The notes under the pieces were generated by a model. That model made no database searches. It was not told the DNA's origin and saw nothing but the letters and a program-made list of their open reading frames with translations. This document shows positions 1-12,108 of a stretch of DNA of 64,000 nucleotides, piece after piece. Numbering within the stretch: the first letter of the stretch is position 1; every line of letters begins with the position of its first letter. The position numbers were made by a program, and so were the translations under genes. The DNA comes from the human T2T-CHM13v2.0 reference genome, Homo sapiens, in NCBI RefSeq assembly GCF_009914755.1, contig NC_060930.1. One strand, 5' to 3'.

Positions 1-184
1 ATTTTGTGAAAATATAGTAGAACATAAAAGAAGTATGTCATATACCTTATTAATGGAAAAGGAAAATAGAAACTTCTTGAGTTACCTGAGCATAAAATAT
101 TCATGTTGAGACAGGGCCTTAGAGAGCATCCAGTTCATCTCCTAATTTTGTAGGGGAGTAGCTAAGGACAGTTCATGTTTACTC

Positions 185-385
185 TTCTAATTGCTAGGCA
201 GCACTCTGAGCATTCATGTTGGGTTCTGTCATTTAATCCCCACAGCAGTCCTCTGCGGTGTGTACTTATTAACTTCATTTTACAGATGATGTGAAAGAAA
301 GCTCAGGGAAGTGAAATAACTGGCTCAAGCTCACACAGCCAGTGGCAGAAGATTTCAACCCTGTGATTTTAACTACCAGAACCTG
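185..385. mobile_element. MIR SINE remnant
   Basis: MIR core motif cattttacagatga...gaaagctcagggaagtgaaataactggctcaagctcacacagc. Confidence 0.7.
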
Positions 386-558
386 GAGACTCTAGACAGG
401 CTGAATGACTTGCTTCAGATTCTACAGTTAAAGGAAGAGGCCTAGCAGGGACTCAGGCTTCCAAAATCCCTGCTCACTGCACTCTCTGCTGTGAAATGTT
501 TTGCTGGTTGGTGATAGGAATAATGGTAATGGTAATTCAGGTCGTATTCATTTCACAG

Positions 559-641
559 GTATCTCACATGTAGAAGCAAAGAAGAGAATCCTGAACTTGC
601 ATCCTAAAATATTTGGAAACAAGTGGTTTCCTCGTGTCTAA
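559..641 (+). CDS. ESR1: ESR1 alternative terminal exon (exon 9) encoding the 27-aa C-terminus of ER-alpha36
   Basis: After the acceptor tttcacAG (557-558), a phase-1 read gives (G)ISHVEAKKRILNLHPKIFGNKWFPRV-TAA. This matches the ER-alpha36 tail as I recall it. Too short for the ORF track. Confidence 0.95.
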
Positions 642-3600
642 AGCTTCTGGTCATAAGGCCTCACAGTATCCTGCAGATCATCAAATCCGTGTGTGGACGT
701 GGGGACATTTTGTTTTGAGGCAGTTACATGACCATGGGCAAGTAAATTAGTCTCTCTGGCCTTCAGTTTTCTCATTTGCAATGATTCAATGGTTTGCCTT
801 AAAGTGTCTTAAGAAGGATAGGATAGCTACCCACAAACTTTGGATCAAATTTTCTTCAAAACATCCTTCCCCTGACTTTAAAATATGCCCTGGCAACCAA
901 CACTCAACACCTGTAGCTAGATGAGTTATAACAGAGTGACTGAAGAGAGCTCCCACAATTCCTAGTTATTAAATACCTGACTAATTTTCATTAGGAGACA
1001 TTTAAGAACTTTAGTGATGGGAAGATTTACATATATAATTGATAGTACAATCTGACAGAGCTGAATAGCTCCTGTTTGTCAACTGTTAAATTCTTTGTGC
1101 AATTAGGTCAAAGATCAAGATCAAAACAAGGGCTGCCCATTGACCTGTTCACTCCTGAGAAAAATGGCAAACCATTGAATCATAAATCATGACAGCCAAA
1201 ATAATTTTAGGATATTAATGCACCCCTCATCTTTGCAAATGAGAAAACTGAAGGCCGGAGAGACTAATTTACTTGCCCATTTTTGATAAAAATGTCACCA
1301 TTTACAGAATGTGGACTCCTATGTTGGAGTCTGTTGAAGGACATGGCACATTTAACAGCATCAGAGCATTTTTTATTAAAATTTAATTTGTGCATGACTT
1401 CTAATGCTGAAGAACGCCAAGCTAGGAAGAAGTCATGGGCTGAGATGGGGACAGAGAGAACACACAATATTCAGTGACCGTCCGTGCAGCTGGCTGCCCT
1501 TGAAAATATCCGAACTATCCACTGGGAAAATGCCTGTCCCCTTGGGGTAATTACCAGAGTTTCAACATGCCCAAAGCTGCCTCATCTTCAGGGGGAACTT
1601 GTTCTAGCGATTTTAGTATCAAGAAGCTAATGGTCCCAGGGAAAGGGTTATTTTTAATATTTATCTACTGTGCTAAAAATCACCTAAGTTTCTAGAGTCT
1701 TGGGAAATTTCATAAGGGAAAGAACAAAGGCAACTTGTTGACTACCCACTGGTCATTCTCCTCTGGTCTTATTACATACATGGATGCCAGTTTAGATTGT
1801 GTTTATATAGGAAAAATTAAATGTGTGAGCCTCCTTAAGGAACATCATCAATACAGATATATCAGATAGTTCTGTCTAGCAAAAAACGTGCTTATTTGCT
1901 ACAAGTAAATTTTTATTTATTTTTCTCACTTCCCTCACTCCTTCAAATTTCCAGGTAAATAGCTGCCCAGGAGTTGCTTCATCTCTGTCCCAAAATACCT
2001 AGACAATTGCGGGATAAGGAGAATGGCAGGGAGGGAGTAGTGGCTAAAATCACACCCTTCAAAAGAAAGTGTGTAGGACACACAATTGTGAGAAGTCTGA
2101 ATGCCATGCACATAGGGTATGACTCACTTTGAAAATTGTTTATAATCAAGGAAATGAAAATGAGTTAATTTCGTGCATGCATCATTTAAAGCCAAATGAG
2201 AAGAAACTTCTAATTTATTTTGTTACTTTTCGGCTAACACTGGCAGTATGTAACAGATTTATTTTGCAGAAACATCTAGATTGTCCGTGATCTTGATCCT
2301 GCCCTTATGTGTCTTGTCTTTGAAACCCAGTGTTTCCTGGATATATGGTTCAGGAGACAAGTTTCCAGAATCAAGTTAGGACCCAGGTCTTCTTTTTTTC
2401 CAAACCAAACATTCTTGCTAATCCTAAACTACCTGAGGCAGCCTGTGGTGGCCTCAGCTCTAAAACCATTGTTTAAAGGCTTCTACCCATCAATGGCCCT
2501 TCAGCAGAGTGGTACGGTTAACGGGGTAGGGTCTGGAGTCAGGGGAGACCTGGGTTCAAATCCTACATCTTTACACCTCTAATCCCCAGTGTCCTTGTCT
2601 ATAAATTGGGAATATAGCCATGTCATGGGATTCTTGTGAGGGTTAAATGAGGTAAAACACATACAATGCTTAGCATGTATACAATTAAGCACTAAATAAT
2701 TGAAACACATTAAGTACTAAATGAATGTCAGCAGCTTATCACTATTATCTGTATAATGATACCAAGGGTGTGCCGACTCATACCCTTAGGGGTTGGCTGG
2801 ATTCGGCCTTTTCTCTCGGGAAAACATACCTGATTTATTAATAGTGCTTTCAAGCATGTGATAAATTTCTCAAACTGCCTGTCTTGTTCCCTAGAAACAC
2901 CAGGAAGGCCTACCTCAAATAGCAACAGAGAAACCTATCGGAGCCTTACCCTACAGCTTTCCTTGGGGCACGGGTGAGCAATCTGCCTTAGAGGGGAGAG
3001 GCTCTGTGCTGAGGCTCTTTGAATGCTTTGAATAAATAGATCCCCAGATAATGAAAAGACTTCAAAACAAATTCTACAAGAAACTGAGTAGTGTTTATAG
3101 TGAGGCCCTAGTGTACATGCAAAAAACCCCCACTGCCCTTGCTTAAATGTATCTGATTAACTTGAATACATTTTTAAATGAGGGCTTTTTTCCCTCTTTC
3201 AGTGTTTCGGCCAGTCATTTGCCACTTCTCATTCCATCTTAGTTCTCTGTAAAGAAGGTGCCAGAGACCTAAGGTGCCCAAGGCAATTTTGCATTTTACA
3301 ATTCTAAGCTTTAGAATGAAGTCATCAATTTGCTACATCCGGACTACAGTGCAATTATTCCTTTGCCTTGCTGGAAATTGGAGTGAAATCTTTCTAGCTG
3401 TCAATTTCAACTCAGTTGCAGTAGTGTTTTGAAGAATTAATGGCGATAAGGTTAGAAAATTTTAAGTCAAACGTAGGGAAAAAGTACCAGCTAGACCATC
3501 ATAAGCATTTGCTTTGAAAGCATGCTTCTAAAGTGTGTTTAACCTCAAATAACAGTCACAAATATGGTTATTATGAATGTATGCACAGATTTTTATGTTT

Positions 3601-4914
3601 CTAATTTTAAGAAGTTCTAGGGAGCTCCCTGTAACGATTTAGGGAATCTCTAGATTCTGATATACTGCAAGTCTTTTAATGGTAGGAATCACATTGAATT
3701 AATTTTGTAGGCCCAGGGCCTAAATTTAGTAGGTGTTCAGTACCTATTGGCATCAATTCATATGTAGGTTTAAAATACTGTATGAAGATACAGAATCACC
3801 ACCATCAAATCAAATTGAAATATGTAACAGGCTAGTATAATATTAACATCTGACTTTAAACAACAACAAAGAAACCAAATGAGTAACTCCTCCCTTCAAA
3901 CTAATAGTCAGTTTCTTCCAACTCAGTCTCTTTCTCCTCTCAGGAAGAATGCGTATCTAAAAATTTCCCATTGCAGACTGCTGGAAACAACATTCTAAAC
4001 TATTTATGCTTCTGCAATAACCTTTCCAATTTGCTGGACCAGTGCAAGATTAAACACGAGATATCTCAAGTCTCAATGTAAAGGAACACCACGACAGCCT
4101 GGACTGTGGGTGAAGTTCATTCTTCCCCAGCAGACTCTGCCTTTCATTCTCGGGGTTGGGTGTGCCCCAAACAGAGGTACCGACGGTAACGAAGCCCAAG
4201 AATGTTCAACCACAACCTGTCTGTGAAGGTGTTGGATGACGTTTGCCATTCAGGTGAAGATTATTTATGTTCCAGTCCCACCTGAGTAGCAAAGTGAACA
4301 CTGTGCTGAATGCTCAGAAAGATGTTAATGAACCGTGCTGGACAGAGCAGAGCTGAAAGGCGCCTTGCGAGTGTCGTAGTGAGAATGTGGCTGTCCCAGC
4401 TGCAAAGCCCTGTTAGGAGGCATGAGGAAGCACTTGCTGCCCTAAGAAACGATGCCTTCGACATTTTCAAAAGATCTATGTGGCTGTCTGAAACAATGCG
4501 GAGAGCAGATAGACGCAATATTTGGGAACCAAAGAGTGACTGCTGTTGGCGTTGCATCATAACATAAGCGCTTTCCCCCTTCTCGTCACTATCATTTGTA
4601 TCAACCAAAGAACTGATCTCTGGTATCCTCGAAGGAATGCTGTGGGGATATTCTTCATCTCTGTTCATGGTACATCAGCAATTTGTGGGGAAAAGATGGA
4701 CTATATAACACAATGATCTGCCTAAAAGAAACTGTCTCTACTTATAGGGGGCTGAGCAAACCTTAGAGCATCTGCGGATGCTCGTCATTATCTTCAAAAG
4801 TCCCCAAGAGTTTTTCTCCATACTTTATTATTGCTATTTTGTTTAGGCTAGAAAAAAAAAACTCATAAAATTGTCTTCAAACCAAACCAAAGGAAATGAA
4901 AAGAAAAAAAAAAA
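642..4914 (+). other. ESR1: Probable long 3' UTR of the ER-alpha36 transcript, antisense to the last SYNE1 intron; end uncertain
   Basis: Follows the stop at 641. Recalled as about 4.3 kb long. AATAAA at 3031-3036; A-rich tract at 4851-4914. Confidence 0.55.
2530..2700 (+). mobile_element. MIR SINE remnant
   Basis: ctggagtcag...cctgggttcaaatcc...tctataaattgggaat...gtgagggttaaatgag. Confidence 0.7.
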
Positions 4915-6011
4915 CAGTACAGGGAGGTCTAAAACCAGAGAACATATGAAAATACGTTCTGCCTGACTTCAGCCGAGTGGGAAGGACCAAATGAAATAGC
5001 CAGTCCCTTATGTACAGCTGGAAAACTAAAATTATTACTCAAGGGTTGTTTACAGTTCTACATTTCCTCATCCCCACCCTCCTTCCAGGAATTCAGATTC
5101 CTGCTCAGTGGTGATAAGTTTCCAGAGGGACAAGCTACTTTAACAGTGAATTGCTAGGGACTGGAATGAAAACAGGCTCCGAGGACAGTGTTTTCATTTT
5201 TTAGAAAGCTGTCTGGGGAAACTTGAACTGATCAGTGGAGGAGCAGAGGAGCACAGACACCACACCGACAACAAAGAAGGCAAAGCACTGCTAACTGCGG
5301 GAGTGAGGGGCTGCTGGAGGCCAGGCAGGAAGCGCGGAGTGGCAGCTGTGAGTCGGCTCTCGGGAGGTGACTGGGCAGGGGCACTGGCTGCTGCGGGTTC
5401 CAGAGTGAGCTTGCCAAGTGCCCGGAAAGTGAGTGGCTGGGTGTGCTGGATGAAGGGAAGTTTTAGGATAAGCAGAAGAGAGAAGGTACTTATAAATTTC
5501 CAATGAACACCAAATTAGGACTTGCCATTTTGAGACTCCAAAACCCACAATCTGGATAAAACATGAAAATAAAATAAAAAGTTGGGGATGTTAGTATATT
5601 TTATTCAGATATGCGGGTTTTGTGAATGGTAAAAGAATTCACTGATCGATTACCTGTCTTATTGTAAACTCTAGAAATAAAGAGGATGATAAAAGTCTGC
5701 CATGAATCAAATGGCAGTGGTGCCACCAATTGTAATCAAATCCTTATTGACAATTTGATGAAAAGTACCAGATGGGCTATGTTGAGACAAACAGAATTTT
5801 CACGGAGTCCAAATATTTTATGCTCTGAAATTTACTTGAACATTTCATTCAGAAACTTCTCTTCCAATGTATGAGGAAAGGGTGTGGACTGAAATGAGTA
5901 ATTTCCCAACTACCCTGAGGCAGACCAGATATAGGTCAACCTAAGTCATGGACAATTTTCATCATCCTCTTGGGGTTCTAGAACAGTGTGGAAACCAGGA
6001 GAAGGAGGTAC

Positions 6012-6070
6012 CTGCTATGTGGACTGCTGACAGAGGGTCCAGGCTGTGAGAGACTACACTTGCCTCGTGG
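6012..6070 (-). CDS. SYNE1: SYNE1 penultimate exon (~145), 59 nt, PRGKCSLSQPGPSVSSPHS(R)
   Basis: Acceptor ttgcaaacAG, donor AG|GTACCT, phase 0 to 2; nesprin-1 pre-KASH linker. Confidence 0.93.
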
Positions 6071-7411
6071 CTGTTTGCAATGAACAGGGGGTAAAGAAAG
6101 AAGAATGTTCAGTCCAGGCAAATAAAGACAAGCTACTAATGAAAATTAAACTAAAAGTGCAGCAAAGGAAAAATAAATCAAATGAAATGATCAGTACCCA
6201 TGAATTAAGGAAACTGGCTTTTCTTTTGTTGAAGAAGTAAAATAAATTTATATCTATGTGATTAGCCACTGATAAAACATTAAGTTGGGATTCTGGAGTC
6301 CATACTATGGTGGGCATAATTCTCATGGCTTTTCATGGTAGAAACACATGTGTATATTTACATACAATAAATGTAAAATGCACTATGCCATATCACATAT
6401 TTCAAAGACACTTAATATATTTTTTTTCATCTTTTAGAATAGTAAAACAGTGTTAAAATTCTTGGCCCATAAGAAATAACAATGGCAATATGAGATTGGT
6501 CTTTGTAGTGATGAAGCCCAACTTAAATATTCAACTTAAAGAAAGGTTAAAATTTGACTTGAAAAGCCAGTATTCCTTCACATTCTTAAACTAGGATCTA
6601 TAGGAAACTAGTGAATGTAGTAAAAAAAAAAAAAATCCTAAAAAAGATAATACATTTATCAGCATAGAACATAAATGTTTATAACAAAAAAGTCAAATGA
6701 AATCAAAACTTCTAAAAACTAAGGAAAAATGGAATGAATATAATCATAAAGCTGGACAAAAAATATATAACAAAACAAAAAACAAGCTTCTAATTACACA
6801 GAGAAATCAAGGCATAGAGGGTAGCAGGGGCCGAATTTGTCCTTTCATCCTCTTTGTGTTCAGTGAGGCAGCCCCCGCCAAGGCCTGTGGGTGAGTTGTT
6901 GCCATTTTAGGGGTGGCACAACTGCCGCAAACCTTCAGGACCACCACCCAGAAGCGGCTTAGCTTGAGAGTCAACAGAACCTCCACTTGCCTTAACGAGT
7001 CAATGGCTCACAGGCGTTCACGGTTCTGTGCACCTCCAGCCGAGGCGCCCCGCAAGTGGAGGCCTACCTTTTAAGATAGTCGTGGCAGCCATGGCTTGAA
7101 GAAAGGAGCCACCAAAGGGACAAATGGGCACCATTCTGGAAATTTTCTTATTTGAGCAAGAAAAATAAATGTTCTCCCTGCATACCAGCCACACGTTGAG
7201 TCCTGATTCTTTTGAAAACCAGAATCGCTCTTTTCCATTCCTGAGCGCGTGCTGGGAGGGGATGTGGCAGGGCTGAGGAAGCGCGCTACCCTGTGTGACA
7301 GCCCTCCTCTGGAGGGGACGCCTGCCTGTGAACCCTGTGGTGGGTGCAAATACTGTCACTTCCCAGTGTTCACTCCCATGGGCCAACTGAAAACGACCAG
7401 TGGAAAGTTAC

Positions 7412-7504
7412 CGTTTTCTGTCTGTTTGGGGTGCTCCTTCCTGATGTGGGACTCACAGACCCTGAGGTGTCCAGTTCATCAGCAGAAGACCAGGAAGACA
7501 AATC
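7412..7504 (-). CDS. SYNE1: SYNE1 exon ~144, 93 nt, DLSSWSSADELDTSGSVSPTSGRSTPNRQKT
   Basis: Acceptor cccacatAG, donor GTAACT, phase 0-0. Confidence 0.95.
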
Positions 7505-8565
7505 CTATGTGGGAGAAAGATTCTTTTAACAACTCCATGTCCCAGACCCATGGGGGCCCTCTGTTGCACCACGTTATCTCCCACTCCATCTCCATCCACC
7601 CCCATGTCTCCACCATAAAAATCAAACCATTCCTTGGGGAAAATGGAACCAGACAGGTACAAGAATAGGGCCAAATTCTTCTAGTGTGTTGGGATTTCCT
7701 AGCTGTCCGTTTGGCCGTTCTGGAAAATATAGCTATGATTTTGTTATTGCTATGTTTCACTTATAGCTTTATTATTTCTTGGAGACATGGATATGAATGA
7801 ATTGATATTGGCTTGGGAGGGGAAGACACCTGCTGTAGAGCCTGCTGGTCACTCAGGCTGAACAGAAGTCAATACATTCCAGTTGGAAACAAAAGATAGT
7901 CATCTAGGAGTCTGCCTTTTTGCATTAGAGGACTTTACTATTTCAGACACTGCTGCTATTCAGAGTAGATTGTTCTTTTGCATGCTTACAGCAGGGCAAA
8001 GCATGTGTTCATGGCAGGATTTCACAGCAGAATGGTTGAAATCTTACCAGGCATCACCACATCTCACCTGCAAATGCATTTCTCAAAACCAATAATACCA
8101 CAATGGAGTTGATTGTAGAAAAAAAAATATAAAAAATTAAATGAGCAGAGGACTGTTTTTTAATTTTTTTTTTTTTTTCTGTATACATAATGGAGAATTC
8201 ATGCCTGAGAGTGGTTAAATACAAAACTCAGATACAACAATTGGTTTGCTCTACCATGGCTGTGTAATTAAAGTGTGTAAATTCTTAAACAGGGTGAAAT
8301 AAAATGCCACAGCAGTTGTGGTAATAGCATTAGTAGCAACAACAAGAGAGCTTTTGGATTTAACAGAATCAAAAGCAGTGTCCTGTTGTAAAAGTTTATG
8401 TGGCTGCTTTTTTATTTTGAGACAGGACTTGTAAGAGCAGTGGCTGAAAGGAGACACTCCATTCTGACAAGTACTATATTTAAAGTCTTTCTAAAATGCA
8501 TGAAGATGATGCTTCTTTGGTCTCCAGTAAGAAATGCTACACGATGATGTCTGTTTATTGCTTAC

Positions 8566-8778
8566 CTGCTGACTACTTGACACGTCTAATAACTTCTCCA
8601 GTTCCTTGATATGACGACTGACCTCCTTCAAGAGAAGTTTGAGCCGATTTCCAATAACATGGACTTTTTCTTTGGCTTCTAAACAGTCTGTTCCTTCAGC
8701 ATTCACCAGTAGTTGGCAAGACATGTCTTGCAAAGAGGCTACTCTGAGTTGGGATTCCAACAGCTCATGCTTTATTTG
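8566..8778 (-). CDS. SYNE1: SYNE1 exon ~143, 213 nt, QIKHELLESQ...DVSSSQQ (last spectrin repeat)
   Basis: Overlaps ORF 8491..8760; acceptor gcatAG, donor GTAAGC, phase 0-0. Confidence 0.96.
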
Positions 8779-9643
8779 CTATGCATACAAAAACAAATTA
8801 ATTTTTCTAAGCATTTTTGATAATTGGCAAAAGCTCCAAAAGTGCAGAATGCAATCAACTTAACTTGGTGGGAAATTATACCTGAGCATCAAACGTGGAG
8901 CTCACACACTAAAGGATGCAGCAGCTCACGGCCTGAGTTCTAATCCTGCCTCTGCCAAAAATATTCTATAAGACCCCTGACCGTCTCTGATCTCAGTTTG
9001 ATTTGATGCCTGGTCCACAGTATTATTGGAAGGTTCAAATTAGTTAATGTATATATGACAGTAATTAAAATATAGATTAGTATGCAAGTGAGATGTAAGA
9101 TAATCTTTTAAACAGAAAAGCACAACATTAAATATAGCGAAGCAGAAGTATGTCTAGGTATCCTCTGATATCTAGTCAAGATTTGAAAAAAAAAAGGGGT
9201 GATTCGTCATTCACAGCTTGATGCCAGAGGTCAAAGTGAAGTAAAAATGCAGTTCCACAGCTATTTCCTCTAGGTTTCTAAGACTATTATGGTACTGAAT
9301 TAAAAGGTACCAATTCTGTAGTTTAGGTGAGTGTTAAATGTTAAGACATAACATTTTAAAAATACAGAGAGCTACAAAGTGCATAATATTTTCTTCTAAT
9401 GGAACTCAAATATGCTTCCTTATCTTCTATAAAGTCACTTAAATATACTGTACATTATATTGTCCAAAGATCCTTGTATAAGAGTCTACCAGTTAATTTC
9501 CTCTTGAATTTAGTGCTAGAAAAAGTTTCTCCTTCCTTGAGAAGTGGTATGTTTTGTTTTTGCCAGATAATGAAAGTAAGTTTACTCCTTGTTTCCCATT
9601 TTGTCTTGGCTTTCAGAAAACTTGATGCTCAGGTTCATGTTTA

Positions 9644-10017
<374 letters not shown>

Positions 10018-10393
10018 CTATTCTAATATTTTAATGACCTTTTACTACAAGCCACCAAATATACTTTTGGGCCATAGATGTAACATGAAGTTTAAATTAA
10101 GCTGCCTTAATAAACAACACAAGCTAATTAAGATTGCTTGAGAACACTAAGATTTTTACAACTGAGCAACAACTTTAGAATCAGATTCTAAAGCTAGCAG
10201 ATATCATCTTCTATGCACATGTTTGCTTTACAAAGATTGGAAACCACAGGGAGTTAAAAAAGTGTAAAGTAGAGACTATAATGCAAAAAGTTAAAAAAAA
10301 AGAAACAACACTTACCACTTATATTCATTTTCTGTAAATGAAATGCAACCCTGCTAAAAATAACTGGAGGCTGCCAGAGTTCACACATCTTAC

Positions 10394-10522
10394 CATAAGC
10401 TGTTTGTGATGGTCCTGAAGTATCTCTGCATCAAGGTTAGAATCAATAGGGACAATTTCATTTTTCCTTCTGTCAATGTTCTCCAGCATAAGAAGCAAAC
10501 CATGGCTCATTTCATGGAAACC
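10394..10522 (-). CDS. SYNE1: SYNE1 exon ~142, 129 nt, GFHEMSHGLL...HHKQLM
   Basis: Acceptor ttttctgtAG, donor GTAAGA, phase 0-0; ORF 10325..10510. Confidence 0.96.
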
Positions 10523-10889
10523 CTACAGAAAACAGTTTAAAGTAACTGTAAATAAAATATTTTTATTTCTCTCAAAACTTAAATGTCTTTCAACTGCCAC
10601 CATTAGCAAACATACTTGGTTTTAAGAACATACATGCAACTCCTTTCTGAGGAAGGCACTGGTGCTGTTGTAATGACCTGATCGTGAGTTCACGTTCTTA
10701 CCAAAAGCATCTAATTTATTACTTGGAGGACAATTTAGACGAAAGGAAAACTGGCATCAACATACGTTATTTCTGAAAAAAGGGTAGTGCTATTATACAG
10801 TTTGGAAGGAAGCAACTCTGCTGCCCTCTCTTCTCTGTGTAGTCAAATCTTTCCATATTTTAAGGCCCACCTAGGCTGAATCTCATATC

Positions 10890-11640
10890 CCCTTCATTCA
10901 TTCATTTATTCACTCATTCATTCATCCATTTATTTATTCAACATACAGTTACTAAAGATCTCCTACAGATAAGGCACTGTACTAGGAGTGGGTGCAGAGG
11001 TGAAACAGCAGTTTAGGTACCCGCTTTCAAGGAACTATTATATTACTCTTGGGGCACATATAAACCTGGAGAGCAGGCTTCAACTCCTTCCAGGGCTTTC
11101 CATGGCGCTCAGAATATGATCCAATCTCCTGGCCTGGACCTACAAAGCCATCTGGTTCCTGACCACCTCCTCAGTCTTTCTTCTCACTCCCTGGCTCAGC
11201 TCACCGACTACACTCTGGTCACAATGGCCTGTTTTCTGTTCCTAAAGACACTAAGTCCTTTCCTGCTTCTGGGACTTTCCATTTATTATATTACCTTCAT
11301 AGCAACATCCTTCCAATGTTAGCTCAAAGAGCCAAATAAATTCCCTGACTACCCTCTCAAAGTGGCTTTTCTCAGTTACTTTTATCATCCACGTCTGCAA
11401 GTATCTGGTTTAACTATTTGCTTGCATTTTATTGATCTTGTCTTCCCCAACAAAAGCAGAGGCCATGCTGTATTCAATGTTTTAGCACCACGTCTGCCAT
11501 ATGGTGGACGCCCAGCAAGTAATTACAGTATGAATGGAAAAACAAATATTTGCAATGCTCACTTTGATGTTCAAGAAGGGTCTGCCTACTTGCCCAGTAA
11601 ATATCTGTTGAATAAATAAAGGAAATAAATGAATGAGTCA
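10890..11640. mobile_element. Old L2 fragments
   Basis: (TTCA)n ends and L2 3'-end-like motifs such as tgttgaataaataaa...gaatga. Confidence 0.55.
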
Positions 11641-11907
11641 TAGAAGGAGCGTTGCGACGGAGATAAACATGAGGAATAGTCTCTTCTTATCTGGACAGAA
11701 GATAGGACCTAGAGATTTTGAACATGATCATGAACATGTAGAAATGCTCCAGTAAAATGAAAAGTTTGGGCACAAGGTTATCTCACTGAAATACTGACTT
11801 TGGGGAGCAACTGCGTCCCTCTAGAAACCATGATACATCAAGTCACACACTCAGCTAAATTGCTAATGTCTCTCTCTGAGTCACCTCCTGCCCAAAGCTC
11901 TACAGAC

Positions 11908-12108
11908 CTGGCACTGCATCAGGGCATCCTGCAGCAGGCCCCGCCACTCCTCCAGCAGAGAGCACACTCGGTCCCAGCGCCCATTCATCTGCGACAAGCG
12001 ATCCTGCAGGTCCCGGCTCTCCTTGCTGTCAGCCTGGGTGAACTCAGGGCTGCAGAGATTGATGGAGAGGATGATGGCTTTGCGGTGGTCCACAGCTTTC
12101 TGGAGCTC
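11908..12108 (-). CDS. SYNE1: SYNE1 exon ~141, 201 nt, ELQKAVDHRK...ALMQCQ
   Basis: Acceptor ttcttttcAG, donor GTCTGT; spectrin-repeat Trp motif RWDRV. Confidence 0.96.

Noticed and set aside
1-6011. SYNE1 KASH exon (ending PPPL-stop)
   Set aside because: Looked for but not found; it must lie left of position 1.
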